This document shows positions 58,830 to 64,000 of a DNA stretch of 64,000 nt, piece by piece. Positions within the stretch are counted from its first letter, which is position 1. Each line of letters starts with the position of its first letter. Both the position numbers and the translations under genes were made by a program. The stretch is from Hormoscilla sp. Lineage in GTDB: Bacteria; Cyanobacteriota; Cyanobacteriia; Cyanobacteriales; Desertifilaceae. Location of the stretch: the NCBI GenBank assembly GCA_051439505.1, contig JBFRWI010000100.1, positions 32,001 to 96,000 on the forward strand, written 5' to 3'. The notes beneath the pieces were generated by a model that worked only from the letters and a program-made list of their open reading frames with translations, searched no databases and was not told the origin of the DNA.

Positions 58830-58951
58830 GTAAGCTAGATTAACAAATGGGAAACGGGTGCATCTGGTATGCAAGTAATCTAGCCCGCGCAGGCGGGCGC
58901 AAGTTCAGTGTAGCCGGGCCCTTTAGGGTTCGGGCACCTGGGAAACGAAAA

Positions 58952-59560
58952 TCATTGCCTTGCTACATCCCGGTCCTGGATCACCCGGTCAATCAGACCG
59001 TACTCCTGGGCCTCTTCAGCAGACATGAAATAATCGCGATCGGTATCCTTTTGAATTTTTTCGATTGATTGACCCGTGTGCTTGACTAACAGCTCGTTTA
59101 GCTGCTCGCGAGTCCGGAGAATCTGCTTCGCTTCGATCTGGATATCAGTCGCTTGTCGGCGTCCAATCCCGCCGAGGGGTTGATGGATCATAATCCGCGA
59201 ATTAGGCAATGCCAACCGCTTACCCTTGCTTCCTGCTGCCAACAGGAAAGCACCCATACTAGCAGCGAGACCGACACAAATCGTTACCACCTCACACTTG
59301 ATATGCTGCATGGTATCGTAAATCGCCATGCCCGCAGTCACCGAGCCACCTGGAGAGTTGATGTAGACATAAATCGGTTTGCTCGGATCGTCAGAGTCCA
59401 GGTAGAGCATCACTGCTACAATTGAATTAGCCAGGGAATCTGTAACTTCCCGACCGAGAAAGATAATCCGCTCCTGATAGAGACGATCGTAAATACTAAT
59501 CCACCGCTCGTAGGGACTACCAGGCATGCGGTAAGGAACACTGGGAACACCGATAGGCAT
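58952..59560 (-). CDS. clpP: ATP-dependent Clp protease proteolytic subunit (ClpP3-type)
   Basis: [28 protein letters not shown]. Confidence 0.95.
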   Translation of the reverse strand: MPIGVPSVPYRMPGSPYERWISIYDRLYQERIIFLGREVTDSLANSIVAVMLYLDSDDPSKPIYVYINSPGGSVTAGMAIYDTMQHIKCEVVTICVGLAASMGAFLLAAGSKGKRLALPNSRIMIHQPLGGIGRRQATDIQIEAKQILRTREQLNELLVKHTGQSIEKIQKDTDRDYFMSAEEAQEYGLIDRVIQDRDVARQ

Positions 59561-59601
59561 AGGACAACTCTACTCTTTATCAAAATTGAATGAAATAGGA
59601 A

Positions 59602-60288
59602 CTAAGTCAAGGCAGGTACGGGTTGAGGCAGTTCTTTGGTACTTTCCAAGACCTTGTCGATCAGGCCATATTCTTTTGCCTCTTCGGGGGTCAGATAGAA
59701 CATCCGGTCCATATCCTGGGCAATCTTCTCTACTGGTTGACCCGTATTTTGGGAGAAGATACTCAGCATGGTTGCCTTATTGTCTAGAACTTCCTTGGCC
59801 CGGATTTGAATATCCGTAGCTTGACCCTGAGTTCCGGTCCTCGGCTGGTTGAGGACAATTGTAGCATGGCCCAGACTGGCTCTGGACCCCTTGGTGCCCG
59901 CTGAGAGAATCATCGCCGCTGTCCCCATCGCTTGACCGATGCAGATCGTATTTACAGGGGGCTTGATGTACTTCAGGGTATCGCAGATGGCAAAGGCTTC
60001 GGTTTCAAAGCCGATCGCCTCTCCACCATACCAAGAGGTGCCTGTCGAGTTAATGTAAAAGTAGATCGGCTTCTCTGGGTTATCAAATTCTAGGTAAAGC
60101 AATTGAGCGACGATCAGTTCTGTTACGTCTATGCCGACTCTCTGCTTGAGATCGTCGTCGGAAAATAAGGGCAAACCCAGATAGACAATGCGTTCCTTCA
60201 GCAATAAGGAAGCTAAATCTGGGGGTGGTGTCCGATAATATGCATCTCCGTAGTATGCAGATTGAGCAGCCCGAATCGGTGAGTTCAT
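59602..60288 (-). CDS. clpR: Non-catalytic Clp subunit ClpR
   Basis: RTPPPDLASLLLKERI, INSTGT; catalytic Ser/His absent; upstream of clpP. Confidence 0.9.
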   Translation of the reverse strand: MNSPIRAAQSAYYGDAYYRTPPPDLASLLLKERIVYLGLPLFSDDDLKQRVGIDVTELIVAQLLYLEFDNPEKPIYFYINSTGTSWYGGEAIGFETEAFAICDTLKYIKPPVNTICIGQAMGTAAMILSAGTKGSRASLGHATIVLNQPRTGTQGQATDIQIRAKEVLDNKATMLSIFSQNTGQPVEKIAQDMDRMFYLTPEEAKEYGLIDKVLESTKELPQPVPALT

Positions 60289-60635
60289 TTTGCGTTACGG
60301 CCTAAACCACTGTCGTTTTACTTATGGTAGCTTGGAACTGCCTACTATTGGTGATTGCCGATGGCGGATTGCCGAATCGGCTCAAAATGTGCGAGCACCG
60401 GTACTCTGATATAACTGTGAGATAACCGGTGAGTCTGGAACAATATACAGATAACTGACAACTAACGGACAGGGAAGACTACGCTGGACGGGATAGGGGA
60501 GACTCAGGGGAGACTACGCCGGATGTGACAAGGGATGGCTTATGCTGGTGAATGCCAGGTTGGGCTCCGAAGCGGTTGCCTCAGTGCAGTTATCTGGAGT
60601 GTTATCATATTATGGGAAATCGGGAGTTTTGTGTT

Positions 60636-61883
60636 ATGAGAGTTGGTCTAAAAGCTGCCTTGAGTGATGCCAATATTGATGAGCGATCGCCTTCTAATCA
60701 GCGTCAGCTAGCGATTTCCACTGAAGCGATCGCCTCCACTGACTTGTCCGGGTCCAGGTCCGTGCCCCTGAATTTGTGCCTCATTCTGGACCACAGCGGT
60801 TCCATGGGTGGGCGTCCTCTGAAAACGGTTAAACAGGCAGCCCAGCAGCTTGTAGACCGGCTGAACCCAGGCGATCGCCTCTCGGTAGTAGTCTTCGATC
60901 ATAGGGCGAAAGTGATAGTCCCCAACGGCGAGATCTCCGACCCGCGCAGCATTAAGCGTCAGATCGACAAGCTGCGTGCAGATGGGGGAACTGCCATTGA
61001 CGAGGGGTTGCGGTTGGGAATTGAAGAACTAGGAAAAGGTAAAAAAGATACAGTCTCCCAAGCATTTTTGCTAACAGATGGCGAAAACGAGCATGGGTCT
61101 AATGATAAATGCCTCAAATTTGCCAAGTTGGCAACGGAGTATAATTTAACATTGAATACCCTGGGATTTGGGGCCCACTGGAACCAGGATATTTTAGAAG
61201 CCATTGCCGATGCTGGGGGCGGTACGATGGCTTATATTGAGCGCCCCGAACAGGCAGTAGATGAATTTGGACGCCTGTTTAATCGCATTCAGTCTGTGGG
61301 GTTAACCAATGCCTACCTGCGCCTATCTCTGATGCCCAAGGTCCGTCTCGCGGAACTCAAACCTATTGCCCAGGTGTCCCCGGATGCGATCGAACTGCCA
61401 GTACAACCGGAAGGGGATGCCTTCGTGGTGCGTCTGGGAGACTTGATGACGGGGGATCCGCGAGTAGTGCTAGCAAATCTTTACATCGGTCAGTTGTCCC
61501 TGGGAAGTCAGGCGATCGCCCAAGTGCAAATACAATACGATGACCCATCTGTCGGTCAAGAGGGTTTGCGATCGGAAAATCTCCGAGTTGAGGCCAATGT
61601 GGTCAGCGCTTACCAACCAGCTATCAACCCAGAGGTGCAACCCCACGTGCTAGCTTTGGCTAAATATCGGCAAACTAAGATAGCGGAAACTAGACTGCAA
61701 CAGGGCGATCGATCGGGGGCTGCGACCTTACTGCAAACTGCCGCCAAAACCGCCTTGCAAATGGGTGACAAAGGCGCTGCTACAGTCCTGCAAGAGAATG
61801 CCACCCGTTTGCAATCAGGAGAAGAACTCTCCGATGAGGATAAAAAGAAAACCCGCATTGTCTCTAAGACGATTTTGCAGTAG
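60636..61883 (+). CDS. VWA-domain protein
   Basis: LDHSGSM MIDAS motif, LLTDG. Confidence 0.9.
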   Translation: MRVGLKAALSDANIDERSPSNQRQLAISTEAIASTDLSGSRSVPLNLCLILDHSGSMGGRPLKTVKQAAQQLVDRLNPGDRLSVVVFDHRAKVIVPNGEISDPRSIKRQIDKLRADGGTAIDEGLRLGIEELGKGKKDTVSQAFLLTDGENEHGSNDKCLKFAKLATEYNLTLNTLGFGAHWNQDILEAIADAGGGTMAYIERPEQAVDEFGRLFNRIQSVGLTNAYLRLSLMPKVRLAELKPIAQVSPDAIELPVQPEGDAFVVRLGDLMTGDPRVVLANLYIGQLSLGSQAIAQVQIQYDDPSVGQEGLRSENLRVEANVVSAYQPAINPEVQPHVLALAKYRQTKIAETRLQQGDRSGAATLLQTAAKTALQMGDKGAATVLQENATRLQSGEELSDEDKKKTRIVSKTILQ

Positions 61884-62355
61884 TTTTTGCCCGCTAGTGA
61901 ATGGGCGAAACCCGGTTCAAAAACCGGGTTTCTGGGCTACTCCTGAAACCGTCCCTCCAGCAAGGAACGATCGCGTTCGCGGGAATCACGCTTCGTGATT
62001 ACTACAAACAGGTAAATACGAGAACAAATCGATACCCTTCATATCAATGGCAAAAACTTCAAACCGGGATTAAAAACCCTTTGCCGTTTTGTTCTCGTGT
62101 CAAGGGTAAGGTGGGCACCGCCCACCTTACTTAGAATGGCACTGAAATAAGCTGTCATTGCGAGGGGGGATCGCTTCGAGGGGCAATTATCGGGACATCG
62201 GACTGCCCCCCGAAGCAATCTCCTACCCGCCAAATAAGCGAGGAGATTGCTTCGGGGGGAGTTAACTTATAAGCAGCACAAGTTAACCCCTCTAAGCCCC
62301 CCTCGCAATGACAAATTAGGATATTTTGGTTTAAGTCAGTGCTATTCCACATTAT

Positions 62356-63435
62356 TTAGGCGATCGCCTCAGCCTGTGGACGGGCAAAGACCATCCGACC
62401 AGCTGAAGTTTGCAGGGCCCCAGTCACAACTACTCGGACTTCGGTACCAATATGCTTTCCTGCTTCTTCGACCACCACCATCGTGCCATCATCCAGATAA
62501 CCAACACCTTGCTGGGGTTCTCTCCCTTGCTTGACAATTTTCAAATTGATGTGGTCTCCCGGGAGATAGGCCGGACGAATTGCTTGGGCCAAGTCGTTAA
62601 CATTTAATACGGGCACCTTTTGCAAGCTAGCAACTTTGTTTAAGTTGTAGTCATTGGTCAAGAGGGTGGCGTTTATTTCTTGGGCTAAATGCACTAACTT
62701 GGCATCGACTGTGTGAATCTCTTCATAGTCAGCGGGGTGGATAACTACCCTTTCTGAGTAAGCTTCTTTCAGTCGGTTCAGAATATCCAAACCTCGCCGT
62801 CCCCGGATTCGTTTTTGATCGTTGGCCGAATCTGCTATTATTTGCAACTCTTGTAAGACGAAATGGGGCACCAGAATTTGTCCTTCGATAAATCCAGTGG
62901 CGAATAGTTCCTCAATGCGACCGTCGATAATGCAACTGGTATCCAGAATCTTGCTAGTTGCTGGCTTCAGGGTGCCTTCTGCTAGCAACATGGTTTCCAC
63001 GCTGTTGGGATTAATCAGTCTCAAGAAGGACCGACCGTGGGTATCTGCCAGTCCCATGCCGGAGACGGCAAAAATGATACTGACTAAGACTGCTGCCAAG
63101 GGTTTAATGAAGCTAAATTCCTTGGGAATCGGCAACAGGAAAATCGGTGCTAGCATTAAGTTTGCTACTAATAGCCCCATCACTAGGCCAGTGGTACGGG
63201 TCAGCAGCACTTCTACCGACATCTGCCGGACTTGGTTTTCTAGACGGCGGTAGGAGGTTTGGGCGAGTAATCCTACGGCACCGCCAATTATGGCACTAAA
63301 ACCAGCAGTTACCGATCGCAAGCCTTCTTGATTGCTGACTTGTGCTAGTGTATGGTGGGGTAGCAACTCAATCCCGTAGAAACCGATACCCACTCCTGTG
63401 AGGATGAATGAAATTATAATGATTGCATCAAGCAT
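62356..63435 (-). CDS. PIN/TRAM-domain membrane protein (YacL/Ycf81-like)
   Basis: LDTSCIIDGR, TNDYNLNKVA, GYLDDGTMVVVE, QTSAGRM. Confidence 0.92.
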   Translation of the reverse strand: MLDAIIIISFILTGVGIGFYGIELLPHHTLAQVSNQEGLRSVTAGFSAIIGGAVGLLAQTSYRRLENQVRQMSVEVLLTRTTGLVMGLLVANLMLAPIFLLPIPKEFSFIKPLAAVLVSIIFAVSGMGLADTHGRSFLRLINPNSVETMLLAEGTLKPATSKILDTSCIIDGRIEELFATGFIEGQILVPHFVLQELQIIADSANDQKRIRGRRGLDILNRLKEAYSERVVIHPADYEEIHTVDAKLVHLAQEINATLLTNDYNLNKVASLQKVPVLNVNDLAQAIRPAYLPGDHINLKIVKQGREPQQGVGYLDDGTMVVVEEAGKHIGTEVRVVVTGALQTSAGRMVFARPQAEAIA

Positions 63436-63901
63436 AGTTATATACCTTGAGTTGGGTTTTCCGATCGTCTGGCCTGTGTATCCTGGGATCGCTAGTCGCG
63501 CTGCCCAGGATGGGCGGGAAACTCTCTTACAGCTCACAAGCTTTATCTTTATTATATCGGAGGAGTTGATAGAGATGTTTATTTCCCACTTTCTGATAAT
63601 GAACTTATTGTACGATATTTATGCATCGTCGGAGAAGAAATTTAATTAATTTTTTGTAATTGGACCTTGCCCCCGTGCTCGGAATTGCCACCGCTCTCAC
63701 CCTGTGGGCCGATCGGTCGGCTGCCCGATCGGGCGGGAGGCACTCGGACTGACAGTATTGATTATCCTAATTTTTGGCAGCGGTAGTGGTGAGGAAGCTC
63801 GCAAATACTTTATGATTTTATAATGATTGTCTTGAGAATTTGTCAGTCGGCCCCACCCACCAAGGACTAAAGTCCTTACTACGAACCTAATAGATTCTGC
63901 C

Positions 63902-64000
63902 ATGCCTCCATCGGCTTATCTACATATTCCTTTCTGCCGCCGTCGGTGCTATTACTGTGATTTTCCGGTGTCGGTGGTGGGCGACCGCACTTGGGGAGAG
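63902..64000 (+). CDS. hemW: Radical SAM heme chaperone HemW/HemN-like, 5' part only
   Basis: Hand translation MPPSAYLHIPFCRRRCYYCDFPVSVVGD; runs off the window. Confidence 0.85.
   Translation, partial: MPPSAYLHIPFCRRRCYYCDFPVSVVGDRTWGE

Noticed and set aside
1..64000. High density of GCGATCGC
   Set aside because: This is the well-known cyanobacterial HIP1 octamer, useful for taxonomy but not novel.

Overview
Chromosomal window from a filamentous cyanobacterium, probably Oscillatoriales-like. This is inferred from the dense HIP1 GCGATCGC sites, hpsP, acsF, ndhV, nblS, clpR/clpP and STRR-type heptamer repeats. A housekeeping backbone (tex, hpsP, typA, trmB, pbpC, purD, nblS, ygfZ, cysK, 1-Cys peroxiredoxin, queC/queE, clpP/clpR, hemW start) is interrupted in many intergenic gaps by palindromic REP/MITE-like repeats, often with small toxin-antitoxin or immunity genes next to them. 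Main points: (1) NblS/Hik33 carries a 45-aa four-Cys insertion in its PAS region that aligns with the Cys module of the convergent neighbouring small gene. (2) A Ser/Thr kinase-FGE (CLec) gene has a 3' end resembling a DGR variable region, but no RT or template repeat was found in the window. (3) A stand-alone Ntox34-like toxin and a HEAT-repeat gene sit between ~65-bp direct repeats. (4) Several antitoxins are intact while their partner toxins appear reduced to stubs at repeat boundaries. (5) There is a TnpB-only IS607-like element with an intact nuclease. (6) An 11-unit 21-bp palindromic tandem array has cores in both orientations. No rRNA, tRNA or CRISPR array was recognised. All family assignments are by eye from motifs, not from database searches.
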